NCBI GenBank assembly: GCA_964035545.1
Contig: OZ037767.1
Span: forward strand, 24,320,628-24,384,627
DNA from: Bugula neritina
Taxonomy: Eukaryota; Animalia; Bryozoa
DNA length: 64,000 nt
Direction: 5' to 3'
In this document: piece after piece, positions 13,502-26,304 of the stretch
Position numbering within the stretch: position 1 is the first letter of the stretch
Layout of the letters: each line of letters opens with the position of its first letter
Translations under genes and position numbers: made by a program
Notes under the pieces: generated by a model
What the model was told of the DNA's origin: nothing
Databases searched by the model: none
What the model saw: the letters and a program-made list of their open reading frames with translations, nothing else

Positions 13502-14699
13502 CTAATGGGAATGCCAGTTTACTCTTTACATATAGAAACTTGACTGGTATACTATTTTTGTTTTAAAATGAATGTATTGTTTTTTATTAATTTCCGACAC
13601 ACTTTATATGAGCAGTTCTTTACATGTTTTTGAAGCCACAATATAGCCATGTGTATCAGTGGCTGACTGTTCTAATCATGAAATTCATAAACTTGTGACA
13701 CTAATACAAGGTGGTTTTTGAAATCAACAAAATGGTGGATAGCCCGGCTGATTTGCCAAATGATCTCTACTTATTTTATTGTAATATATTGTTAGCATTT
13801 TTCATAGACTTGGGTGTGATTATGTTGAGAATTAATATAATATTTTTGTAGTTTTTATTTTTTAGATTTTATTTTCACTTAAATCAAGGCTCTTAGAATT
13901 GAATGAATTATATATAAGCTCAACTTAAACTTAGTCTTTTATTAATGTAAATTCACTAAGAAACATACAAGTTTTGAAAACTTTTGAATGAAAATCACCA
14001 CTACTAAAGAGCAGGTTTACTTTGTGGTAATGGCAATTTATCTCAAAGCCACTACCAACAACTAAGAAGGGATATTCTACCAATATTTACAGTCAAAGTG
14101 AATGACCCTTGACTACAGGATGTATTTATCTTTATAACAAAGTAAATGACTATAACATCGGTAGTTAATGACTTATATACTTTAGTGTTGGAAGGTCCTA
14201 GGTGGTGTTGTAGTATGATTATATGCTGTTTATTTTGAGAATGAAAGAGAAATAGATCAAATTAAAAATAAATACCTTATTTTGTTCAGATGTAGACATT
14301 AACAAGTATAGTAGCAGGTATAACTAAGGATGTTTTATGAAGCAAACGATGTGTTATAATCGGTGTTCACAGTTAGAGGCTACACTGTACGATCTACCTT
14401 CACTATTTCCTACAGACTTTAACGATGCACTAGTTATAATAACAACAGCTTGCAGTACTCTGTTCAGAGCTAGTTGTAAGCTGCGTAAGTAATTACGTTA
14501 AATGAGTGATTCCCAATCAATTTTGAAGTTAATTATTATTGGCTAAATGGTATAATTTTTAAAAACATATACCCTGCTTGAATTAAGACTTAATTTTGAT
14601 GAAATATGTCATTTTTTTATTACATTAAATTTTTATCAGGAACATTTTTAACAAAGTTGTTTTCATATGTAAACTTAGTGTATGGTAATTATTTTTAAA

Positions 14700-17600
14700 A
14701 AGTTGACTACATGGCATACAATTTCAGCTTCTCTTAATATTCTTTTGCCCTACATAGGTGCCATATAGAACAATGACAGCAAGAATACTAATTTCAAAGT
14801 TTGTATGTTATTTTTATTGCCATCAAATAAAAGAAGGAATTTACATGAACACTTCAGCAGCCATTTTTGCAATATATCATGCAGACGTCTATAGCAAGTT
14901 AGTTGTTACCAGCTTATTATTGCGTTTGTGCTAACGATATTATATAAAAAAGTTTGTTACCACCCCAAGTGCATGATATAATCAATATTGGAAATCTAGT
15001 GCAGCACTATAGTTATTTGAGCCTTTGAAGTTTAAAATCAATTAAACTGCAACTGCTGCATGTATATATTGTATCAATCAATTTGCCATGTAATGGGTAC
15101 TATAGAAAAATTATAATACTATAAAAAAGTAAATAATAATAATTATTGATGAACAAATTGATCATGATAAAACTTATTAGGACAATTGATTAGTATAACA
15201 ATGGGCAAAGTTGAACCATGATTGTTCTGAAAAAATATTTCATCATGGTTGCTAATCAACAGATAAATATTATCCAGTAATATAAAACAGTATATTTAAC
15301 TATTTGCTTAGTTTGGAAGGCAGCAGAGGCAAAAAGCAGTGTTAAGAGGAGAGTTAAAAACTTTTGGCGTACAGACAGCCGATGCTTCCAGACTTGCAGG
15401 TGAGTGGTGAGGGAGTTGCAAGGGGCAACCTCCGATGTTAAAACTACGCATTGGGTTGCAGCAACAATGATCTTGTGATTGTCACCATCTTACACAAGCA
15501 GTTATATGTTGCACTTTTGTGACATTGCTTTTTTGCCAGCTACTTTACCAGCTCGGCCAGTAACATCTGGCCACCTGTCGCTGAAGTATGGTGGTAGTGT
15601 GCTGCCACTTTACTAAAGCAGATAGATGACTTTTGAGACATGATACACTGCTTATACTGCTAATACTATTGAAATTTCTCCAGATATTCGTCACAGAAGA
15701 GAGCACCTCACCAACTCTCACTCATCAGGTTTAGTCAATCTGATGACACTCTGTTATTGGTTTTAGAAAGTGTCTACCATGACAGTATAGTCAAGATCAT
15801 GAGAGATGGCCAAGCAAGGCTCTCCAGCCCTAAATGGTGAAGAATATGAAACTTAGACATGGATCTGTGTTGTCAACTGGTTCCTATAGCATTAAGAAAA
15901 TATGAGTCTTTGGTGTCATCCCAGATAGACGCTTCCCAGTTAGACGATAGGCTAAATTTTCCACTTAGACGATTCCCACTTGGACGATTCCCAGTTAGAC
16001 GTTATTTATTTATATTGGTACAATATATAGTGTATGTGCAATTTATTTGAATATTATTTAAATATATAATATGTATATTTAAATAAAGCACATATATTGA
16101 GCACATAAATAAATCTCTTGGATCTGCATTAACATATTAATTTTACATATTTTTTGCTTCTTGCTTAAACAGATATTTTGTTAATGAGTATTCATTAATT
16201 ATTAAAGATAATGTTTATTATTAATATATTACTGTCTTTTTGTCCCACACAAATCTATGGGAATTAGAATATTATTCCAGATAATTCATGTTAGCTATTA
16301 GAGCTGTTAGCATTTTAGCTATTTAGCAATGCAACAGTTATACAGGTATATATTACTATAAAATTATACGGCACCAAAATAAAAAATATCAGCTAACTGG
16401 GAAGCGTCCGAGTGGGAATCGTCTAAGCGAAGAATTTAGCCTATTGTCTAACTGGGAATCGTCTATCTGGGATGAAATCGAGTCTTCAAATCTAGAATCT
16501 GGCGGAAGATGGAAGCTTCCAGAGCAGCAGAATTTGACTACGCAAACTGCTAGACTTCATGAAGGTGTGTATTGAAGTGGTGCCAGTGAAGGGCTCACAC
16601 CAATGACAATCCCCCCATTGGGTGAGCACTTAAAACTGTTACAAAATTCAACTTTCGGCATTTAATAGCTTTTAGTAATGGGATTTAAAATTTCAACTCT
16701 TTTTATTATTTGGGCACATATTCGAGAACTTGAGGTGAAATTCGTGTGTGCATATTGAGAATCTTTATTTCCTCAGTAAACTGCCATTTAACTCAACTTA
16801 CAGTTTTAATTAAAACCTTCACAAGGAGGGCACGTTCAAACAATCCAATAAGCTATTCACCGTAAACCCACAAAACTATAACAATACTGTCGACGAGGTA
16901 TGGCCGTAGCACGCTAGGCCTTACCAAAGTTGATAGTCGACTAAAAAAAAACTATAACTCCAACACATCGTACGGGACTATCATATTATATAATCCGAGC
17001 TCAAACTCAAACTATATCTCAAACTATAACTATAATATTTGCTTCTTGCACATTCAGGAGACCTGGTCAGTTTCCTGACGTAGATTTGCTTTCTTTTCCA
17101 GGTGCAGCACTAAATATCTTTGAGGAGTTCAAACAACAAAGTGACTGTAAAGTATGACAGATAACTGTGAATCAACAAAGCAAAGAAATTTAATTCTAAA
17201 CTTAAACAGTATACTGCAAGCCTACGTCATTCAAAAGTTCAGCTATGGACAGCTTGAAAACTCTTTTTGTAAAAAAGCTTGAAACATTCTAATTATTAAA
17301 ATTGTCTTTAGTTTTAGAGTTAACCAACTAATATCTTTGTAAATATTATAATTGTTAGCATGTTTGTTTAAGTCTTCTATTAATAAACTGTTCCTCTCTA
17401 ATCAACAAGTAAATGCTTATTGATCATAGTGTAATCTCAGGCTAAGCAATCACAAGTAGGCAAAACCCATGCCACCCACAGAGCAATAATATAGCAAGAA
17501 CTTAAACTAGATTGTGAGTGAAGTTTATGATATTCTCATGTGTCTACTAATTTCGGAACAATAGACTTCGGAGCAATGGGCCTTCGGATTATTGCTCTGT

Positions 17601-17950
17601 CCCCAATGTATTTACATGTCCTTTTACAAAATGTATCAATAAATTGTAATAAATTCGATTTATGCGACATTATAACTTGCATCTGCTGACAGCTTTGACT
17701 TTTGTATTGGAGCTGTAATAGATAATCATTTCACTGGACATTCTCATTAGTTGCTTTAATCCACTTTTTCAGATAATTAACATGAAAATTCTGCATTTCA
17801 ATCATGCAGAATACAATTTCAGAAGGTGACTTTTTACTACCTGCATACCATTATATTTCCACATTTTTCAGTAAAGTGCATTTTAATACAGGGATATATA
17901 TATATAGATATAAGTTATTATATTTCTGCTCAATTGTTGAAGTTTAAGAT
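14700..17950 (+). repeat. Tandem segmental unit, copy 1 of 3 (exon-like core 15312-15399, 15684-16621, 17102-17157)
   Basis: Long near-identical blocks shared with 19490-20960 and 23495-25650. Outer boundaries are approximate. Confidence 0.85.
15912..16479. mobile_element. Non-autonomous DNA transposon (MITE) with ~90-bp modular TIRs and an 8-bp TSD
   Basis: Ends GGTGTCATCCCAGATAGACG ... CGTCTATCTGGGATGAAATC. Flanks GAGTCTTT (15904-11) and GAGTCTTC (16480-87). Copy 3 shows the empty site TATGAGACTTCAAATCTAG. Confidence 0.9.
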
Positions 17951-17984
17951 ATAAAAAGATAGAAGGTGATAGTTGAAGACTTGT

Positions 17985-20971
17985 TCATCACAAGAATACC
18001 AATTTCAAAGTGTCAAGACTATTAGTATATATTATTTCCATTGTGAAACTGAAGGAGAAATTTACATGAGCCTCGGCAGCCACTTTTTATAAGGTATCAT
18101 GCCTACACTTAGGAAGGTAGTTTCGTAGACATAAAAGGTGTAAATGTTGATGTGAACCGTGTAAACTTATAATTAACCGAATAGCATAAATCGGTGCATA
18201 ACTTTTACTGTAAGAACTTGGGCTATTGGAAGTTGTGATGATGTTGGGACAAAACCTTGTCCAATTTCATACAGCAAACATTATGATTTGTGCTCTATAT
18301 ACACCAATTTGCATAGGAAAGTTTGGTTGATTAGGTTTATGCAGTAGCCTAGACACTAAAATTTATGCAATTTGCTAAAACTAGTTTTGTACTATTCCAA
18401 GTGTAGAATATAATGGCTACTAGACTTTTGGTGCAGCACTGTAGTTGTTTGTGCCCTCCAAGTTGATCAAAGAACAAAGGAGAATTTATCATATATTGTT
18501 TATAAAACTGTGTTTATTATATATACAATCTATTTGCCATTTCATGAATGCTCTTAAAAACATTATTACTATAGAAAGGTAATTAATACTAGTTATTGAT
18601 CAATGAAAGGGCTGTGATTATAAATTCATTAGTTCAGTTGTGTGCTGTTTTATGTTGAGTTTAAACAACTTTATGTATCAGTTCTTTCATTTCTGATTTC
18701 ATTGTGACATGCAGTTATGGTAGGTATGTAGGTGTAGTAAAGGAGAAATTAAGAAAAGCCTGCATGTGTTACAATTTAGAAATGTAGCAAAAGAGGTGAT
18801 GTTCTCGTGAGAAATTCAACCCACACCCGAAAACCATATTTTATTAGGAGAAAATGAAAGAAGTTGGACTATATCTCAATTTTTCTGCTACATGCACTTA
18901 AATGTGTTAGTAGCATATAGTTGATGTGTAGGCTACTATATAGAGCATGTATTTATCAACTTCCTTGTACAATATTATTCCTAAACTCTATTCACTAGCT
19001 AGATGCAGATAACATTTATTCACTAAAAGGCATTTCTATTTAAATACTTTAAATACAACAAAGATATGACATGACTTTTAAATGCATAAAGAATTTAAAT
19101 AGCATCATGAATGTTTAAAGCATTAGTTTTTAATGAACATTATCAATAGAAGCCAAAGTTAGCATAATAAAAAGAAATCGCTGCAGTGTCAACAAGCAAC
19201 CAATGATATCTTCTAATACACTGCAGTCCATACACTGACAGTGAAACATGTCATATAGAAAGCAGGCAATACCATATAGGGCATCGCCTGTGTTGGACAC
19301 TTCTGAATCTTACCTAGATCTAGGCAGATGTGTTTAGAGCCGAGGAGTCGCTGAGCTATCTACAAGATGTAAGGTATACAAGGTGATTACTATTTAACGT
19401 AATAAGATGGTGCGTATGCTAGTACATGAAAAGCCTTTGAATTTTCTCAAGTATTGGTTTTAGACAGAGTCATTGTTTTTGCTCTCAGTAATTCATCACG
19501 GAAGAGAGCACCTCACCAACTCTCACTCATCAGGTTTAGTCAATCTGATGACACTCTGTTATTAGTTTTAGAAAGCGTCTACCATGACAGTATAGTCAAG
19601 ATCATGAGAGATGGCCAAGCAAGGCTTTCCAGCCCTAAATGGTGAAGAATATGAAACTTAGACATGGATCTGAGTTGTCAACTGGTTGCCAGCTTTCAGA
19701 AAATATGAGATTCTAAGTCTAAAATCTGGTGGAAGATGAAAGCTTTCAGAGCAGCAAGAAATGACTACTTGACTTCATGAAGGTGTGTATTGAGGTGGTG
19801 CCAGTGAAGGGCTCACACCATTGATAATCCCCCATTGGGTGAGCACTTACAACTGTTACAAAATTCAACGTTTGGCATTTGTTAATTTTTAGTTGTATAA
19901 TTTAAAATTTCAAACTTCACACTTATCCAAACAGATATGCAAGAACTTGAACTTGAAGTAAATTAGCATTAGTCAAAAGTTGTATGCGAATATTGAAAAT
20001 TTTTATGTCTTCTATATATATAAACTGCAATTTAATTCAACTTACAGTTTTAATTAAAACCTTCACAAGGAGGGCACACATTATATCCTATAGAACTATT
20101 GCTCATGCTGGAATGTTACTGTCAATAAGGTATGGCCACAGTGAGCTGGGCTTTACCAAAATTGATAGTTGACTAAAAACTATAACTCAAGAGTCATGAA
20201 ACTATCAGAACTGTCACTCAAATGTATCACTCAGAATCTACGCTAAGTGCTCAAACTTACCTTTGCCTCTTGAGCACTCAGAAGACCTGGTCAGTCTTCT
20301 GACGAAATTTTTTTTTCTTTTCCAGGTGCAACGCTAAATATCTTTGATGAGTTCAAACAACAAAGTGACTGTAAAGTATGACAGATAATTGTGAATCAAC
20401 AAAGCAAAGAAATTTAATTATAAACAAAAACATTATACTACAAGCCTATGTTATTCAAAAGTTCAGCTACCATATGAAAACCTGAAAACTTTTTTATAAG
20501 TACTTGAAACATCTTTTTAATTGAAGATATAATTATTAATAGTTTTTATTTTTAGAGTTTACCAACAAATATCTTTGTAATAATTATAATTGTTAGCGTG
20601 CTTTTTTAAATTTTGATTTATCAATGAACAGTAATTTATCCCTCCCTTTTTCTAAGGAGCAAGTAAATGTATTTATATGTTGATTTACAGATTATAGCAT
20701 TACCATGGCTGTATGCTAGATTATAGTGTACATCTGACAGCTTAATGACTTTCGTATTGCAGCTCTATAGATAACAATTTTACTGCACATTCTAATCAAT
20801 TGATCTAATTCACATTTTTCAAATAATTGGTATGAAAAGTCCTCATTTCAACCACTGAGAATAAAATTCCTGAAGGTGACTTGTTATCACATGTATATAT
20901 ACGTTTATATTTTCAGTAAGCTGCAATTTGCAGCAGTATAGAGACATTATATTTTTGTTCAATTATTCTTG
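17985..20971 (+). repeat. Tandem segmental unit, copy 2 of 3 (core 19489-19838, 20326-20381)
   Basis: Upstream part (17990-18600) is a visibly diverged match to 14780-15150. The core is nearly identical to copies 1 and 3, but the sequence just upstream of the core differs. Confidence 0.8.
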
Positions 20972-21384
20972 TTTTAGACCAGGGGTGTCCAACCTTTTCA
21001 GACCGAGGGCCACTCTGCAAGTTTCAGCTTGAGCCGAGGGCCACAACATTTTTTCTTTTTTTAAAAATCAATTTTCAAGATTCATTGAGCATCTGCAGGC
21101 TATATGTATTGTAATTATAAGCAATGGCTAGGCTTTGCATTTTTATTAAAACCATAACACATTTAAATCGATATTTATGTGTGTGTGTATGTGTGTGTAT
21201 GTGTGTGTATACGCATTTAATTAAAATAGGTAAACAAGAAACATAAATACAAAATTGTAACCAAACCCAAATTATACATATATACATACAAAGTAAATAT
21301 TCATGATATTCATGCAAAATTTAAACAAGATATGCCAGTGCTAAGAGTCTGTACTCATAGCGGTATAGTTATATTTTACAACAA

Positions 21385-21550
21385 TCAGTGAGACACTTGT
21401 GAGTACACAGTGAGTATTGTTTGCCTTGAACAATTCTGTTAATATCTGGTTTCGTATCAGAACATATAACCCTTAGTTGCTGGACTAAGTGCTGACTAGT
21501 GAGTGAAGTGTGATATTTATTTTTGTGTATTTCATTTGACTAAAAATTGA
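21385..21550 (-). pseudogene. C-terminal remnant of a Buster/Charlie-type hAT transposase
   Basis: With two frameshifts it reads SIFSQMKYTK/NKYHTSLTSQHLVQQLRVICSDTKPDINRIVQGKQ../QVSH*. This matches the recalled FS.MK..K.K.R..LT..HL...LR......PDI..........Q.SH* end of this family. Confidence 0.8.
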
Positions 21551-22434
21551 AAGTTCAAACCTTCAAGCCATCTCAGTGATAGTGCTGTGCAGTGCAGCAT
21601 CTAACAATAGTATGCTATGAAAGTTAGCTATAAATAGTATAAGTTTTATAGTACCTAACAGTCAAAGGTCAAATGTCAAAGGTCAAGGGATCAGAAATCT
21701 CAAATCATTTCAGTACATACTCGTACAAAATTCATTATAAAACAAATTTGTTTAGGCACCTAACCTTAAAACAGTATGTAAATGAAAACTAACATACATA
21801 AGAATATTTTAGTACTGCATAAGTGAAGTGTGCCAGAGATTCTTCAACTACTTATCTTTCACAATACAGTCAATAAAAGTGAGATCTCAGTTATACTTAC
21901 AAAAAAGTCTTGTCTCTATATGGCCAGTCCTGATTAAATGTCTTTGAAATATCTGTCTGCACAAGATAGCTAAGGGCAACTTTTTAGCTGCAACTGCCTT
22001 GCTCAGGTTTGCATTGTAACTGTGTAAAAATTTAGTACCAGTAAAAAAATCTCATTTAATTGTATGCTACTAGAATCAAAATTTAAAAACTATGGTGTGA
22101 ATCTTATTTTTTTCCAGTGCAACTTTTTTGGAATTTTTTCATTCTTTTGCAAAGTTGTAGAAAAAAAACTGCACATTTTCGGCTAATTTTGCCTGAAAAG
22201 TTGATTGTTTAGTACCAGTAAAATAACTTAGCAAGAAAGCATGATATCTGAATAAAAAAGCAATGACTTAGGCTTTATGTAAATTATGGATTTATATACT
22301 GGAAATGGTATATTTCTTTTTAAGTAGTAAGCACTGTGCATCACTTCACGCTTCAGTAAACGCGTAGAGATGAGCATATAATAGAGGGGTCTACATAATA
22401 TTGTAAGTCACAAGCTTGCTAGCTAACAGGCTAT

Positions 22435-23204
22435 AATCACGGGCTTTCCATGTACCGATCTCAGATCGATCTCGCTGAGATCGATCTGAGAAATGTGCTC
22501 AGATCGATCGTTTTTCCATGAGAGTGTCAGATCGATCTCGCGAAGTTGTCTCCTCTTAAGTGAAGGATACTTTAAAAGTATATTTTGTTCACCTATTTGA
22601 GTGATTAAAGCTACTACTGTTGAAAACAAGTTGGTCTTAGTCTAAAATTTAATCCCAGCTATAAACTATACGCAGCAAAGCTTTCAGTATATGGTAATTT
22701 GGCCAATTTAAAATAATTAATTTTAATTTTTTAGCTTGACAGCTTATATAAGACTAATGGCTGTCTTGCAGATTATTAATAAACTTACAGGACTGTTAGG
22801 CTTAAAATTACAAAGAAAATAGCTAATGAAACTAAGTTTTAATAGCCATTTAAATTCAATTTAAATTCTCCCATTTTTTACCTTCTACTGCATATAATTG
22901 AGTTTTCTTAATCGTTGCACTGAAAGTCAAAGTTTTGGCATCTGAAAAAGTGGCTATCATAATCATTTAATGCTTTGCTTAGTAATTATCAATAAGTTAT
23001 CATTTTTATTAGCAGACAACATTGTAGCGCGCAGTCTTTTTCTACTTCTCAGATCGATCTGGCGTCTTTCCATGGTCTTATTGACATGAGATCGATCTGA
23101 GTTCGAGCTCCACAGACCGACCAGCTCAGATCGACGGAGATCGATCTTTGGCGTCTTTCCATGGATCGATCTCGCTGAGATCGGTACATGGAAAGCCGGT
23201 GATT
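22435..23204. mobile_element. MITE nested in the hAT element, with ~30-bp TIRs and AGATCGATCT palindromic subrepeats
   Basis: AATCACGGGCTTTCCATGTACCGATCTCAG ... CTGAGATCGGTACATGGAAAGCCGGTGATT (1 mismatch). No clean TSD, so the superfamily is unresolved. Confidence 0.85.
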
Positions 23205-23494
23205 GACTAGCTTGCTGTTATTGGTTGTAGTTTGATCTCAGGCTAAACAATAATAAGTAGGTAACACGCATGCCACCCACAGAACAATATTGTACAAGAA
23301 ATTAAACTACATTTTAATAGAAATTGTGCTGCTGTTTCAGGCTAGTTAGCAAATTTGATTTAAACAAAAAATTTGTAACTTGCTATACCTTGGGGGGCCA
23401 CACAAATATAGCTGGAGGGCCGAATCCGCCCCCGGGCCGCCTTTTGGACAGCCCTGTTTTAGACTTTTCTAGAACTTGACCACATAGGTCATAG

Positions 23495-25650
23495 ACTGCG
23501 GCATGCAATTCAGCTTCTCTCAATATTCTTTTGCCCCACATATGTATCGCATAGAAGTTTCAAAGTTTGTATGTTATTTCTATTGTCATAAAATAAAAGA
23601 AGGAATTTACATGAGCACCTCAGCAGCCATTTTTGAAATATATTATGCAGACATTCAGCAAGTTAGTTGTTACCAGCTTATTATAGCATTTGTGCTATTC
23701 ATGTTATATCTAATAAGTTTGCTACCACCTCAAGAGCATGATATAATTGATATTGGAAATCTAGTGCAGCACTATAGCTATTTAAGCCTTTGAAGTTTAA
23801 AAGCAAAAAGAGAACTTAAAATATTGTTTATACAACTGTATGTATTGTATATGCAATCAATTTGCCATGTAAAGGGTACTATAGAAAATCATAATACTAT
23901 AAAAAGATAATTGATAATAATTGTTGTTGAATAAAAAGTATGTTTTAATACACTAATCACAATAAAATTTACATATTAGTATACAACTGTTTAGTGTAAC
24001 AATGGACAAAGGTTAACCATGATTGTCATGAAAAAAATATTTCATGGTTGCTAATCAACAGATAAATATTATTCAGTAACATTAATCTGTATATTATTCA
24101 ATTGGGTGCTTAGTTAGGAAAGCAGCAGAGGCAAAAAGCAGTGTTAAGAGGAGAGTTGGGAACTTTTGGCGTACAGACAGCCGATGCTTCTAGACTTGCA
24201 GGTGAGTGGTGAGGGAGTTGCAAGACTACGCATTGGGTTGCAGCAACAATGATCTTGCATTGAATGACCATCTTACTCAGGCAGTTGCACCTTTTGCCAG
24301 GTACTTTACCAGCTCGGCCAGTAATATCTGGCCACCTGTCGCTGAAGTATGGTGGTAGTGTGCTGCTACCTTACTAAAGCAGATAGATGACTTTTGAGAC
24401 ATGATACACTGCTTATATTGTTTACTATTGAAATTTCTCTAGATATTCGTCACAGAAGAGAGCACCTCACCAACTCTCACTCATCAGGTTTAGTCAATAT
24501 CATGACACTTTGTTATTATGTTTAGGAAGTGTCTATCATGACAGTATAGTCAAGATCATGAGAGATGGCCAAGCAAGGCTTTCCAGCACCTGACAATAAA
24601 GAATATGAAACTTAGACATGGATCTGAGTTGTCAACTGGTTCCTAGCATTCAGAAGATATGAGACTTCAAATCTAGAATCTGGTGAAAGATGAAAGCTTC
24701 CAAAGTAGCAAGAAATGACTACTTGACTTCATGAAGGTGTGTATTGAAGTGGTGCCAGTGAAGGGCTCACACCATTGATAATCCCCCATTGGGTGAGCAC
24801 TTACAACTGTTACAAAATTCAGCGCTTAGCATTTAATAATTTTTTAGTAATATTATCTAAAATTTCAACCCTTGTATTTATATTTGGGCACATATTCGAG
24901 AACTTGAGGTAAAATCTGTGTGCATATTGAGAATCTTTATTTCCTCTGTAAACTGCTATTTAACTAAACTTACAGTTTTAATTAAAACCTTCACAAGGAG
25001 GGCACGCTCAAACAAACCAATAAGCTATTCGCCGTACTCCCATAAAACTATAACAATACTGTCGCTGAGGTATGGCCGTAGCGAGCTAGGCTTTACCAAA
25101 GTTGATAGTCGACTAAAAAGCTATAGCTCTAACACGCCGTACAAAACTATCAAATTATAACTCGAACTATAACTCAAACTATAAATCAAACTATAACTAT
25201 AATATTTGCTTCTTGCACACTCAGGAGACCTGGTCAGTCTTCTGATGTAGATTTATTTTCTTTTCCAGGTGCAACGCTGAATATCTTTGAGGAGTTCAAA
25301 CTACAAACCAACTGTAACTTATGAAAGATAATCTTGAATTAACAAAACAAAAAAAGTTAGCTTGTTATAGGCTGAAAGTTCAGTTATACACAATTTGAAA
25401 ACCCTTGTAAAAACTTTAAACATTGTAAAGAATCATTAATGGCAGTTTAACTAATGTTTTTTTTAAAATTACAATTGTTGGTATGTTTGTTTGAGTTTTT
25501 ATTAATAAACTCTCCTTACCCATATTAACTAGATAATGCAAGTTTATATACTATCTTACAACATGCAATAATAAGTTATATCCCTTTGAAAGCTTTTAAC
25601 ACTGCACACTCTAATTGATCACTTTAATTCACTTTTTCAAATAAATGGTA
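23495..25650 (+). repeat. Tandem segmental unit, copy 3 of 3 (core 24114-24201, 24443-24792, 25269-25324)
   Basis: Colinear with 14705-17800 but without the MITE. Confidence 0.85.
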
Positions 25651-26102
25651 CCGTATGCAATTCTGTATTGAGGCCAGAATGAGAATTGACAAGGTTACAA
25701 TATAGATGCAATAAGTAAAATTATTACAGCTTAGTGTGTAAAAGCAATCCAAGATTTGTTCATTCATCAAGGTACCACAACTCCAGCAACTCCTCTATAC
25801 ACCCAGGACTAACAAAGCTCCATCGTAATGCCACTCTGAAACTATATATCTTGTTATTTTTTCAATGTAAGACTTCCTAAGTTACAAGAAAAGAAACCAG
25901 CTATTTATAGTTTTTGTCCTAAAAGTTGACTTATACCAGCAGAATAACGTAATGCTCATTGTAATACTACCAACGCATGATTACTGCCTGAACTATGTAT
26001 GTTGCGAGATGAAGATGAACCCCACTATAGTGCTTAGCCACGTTGAAACCACAAACACGCAGCATGCTGTATTGCTGATACTATCTTGATGGAATATTAT
26101 AC

Positions 26103-26304
26103 GGGCGGTTAGCCAATAGCATCGTAATGATATCAAAGTTCATTGCGATAAACTTAGTTGTTGACAATAGAATGTCACAACGCACAGCATTTCACTGTTC
26201 ATAAAATTACAGTTGACTGTTGAGACATTCATTACTCACTGAGAGTGAACACTGCCAAGTCCTGCCATCTTCCACTGTTCCCATAGCATACAGAAGTACA
26301 AACG
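26103..26304 (+). promoter_or_regulatory. Putative FABP promoter and non-coding first exon
   Basis: GGGCGG at 26103, CCAAT at 26113, CATAAAA at 26200, TCATT Inr-like at 26229, strong donor ACG|GTAAGT at 26305. An acceptor TGTTGTAG at 29229 lies 10 nt before the FABP ATG. Confidence 0.5.

Larger units (their letters stand above)
20980..23456 (-). mobile_element. Non-autonomous hAT transposon (Buster/Charlie-like), 2477 bp
   Basis: TIRs CAGGGGTGTCCAA / TTGGACAGCCCTG; perfect 8-bp TSD TTTTAGAC (20972-79, 23457-64); subterminal GGGCC repeats; internal transposase remnant. Confidence 0.92.

Noticed and set aside
15382-15791. Micropeptide MLPDLQIFVTEESTSPTLTHQ(V*/KVSTMTV*) from the triplicated unit, and a GRWKL FABP-like motif near 16504
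   Set aside because: Copy 2 lacks the ATG exon, the longer form needs a 38-nt intron, and the FABP resemblance is 5 residues with a stop at the Trp in the other copies.
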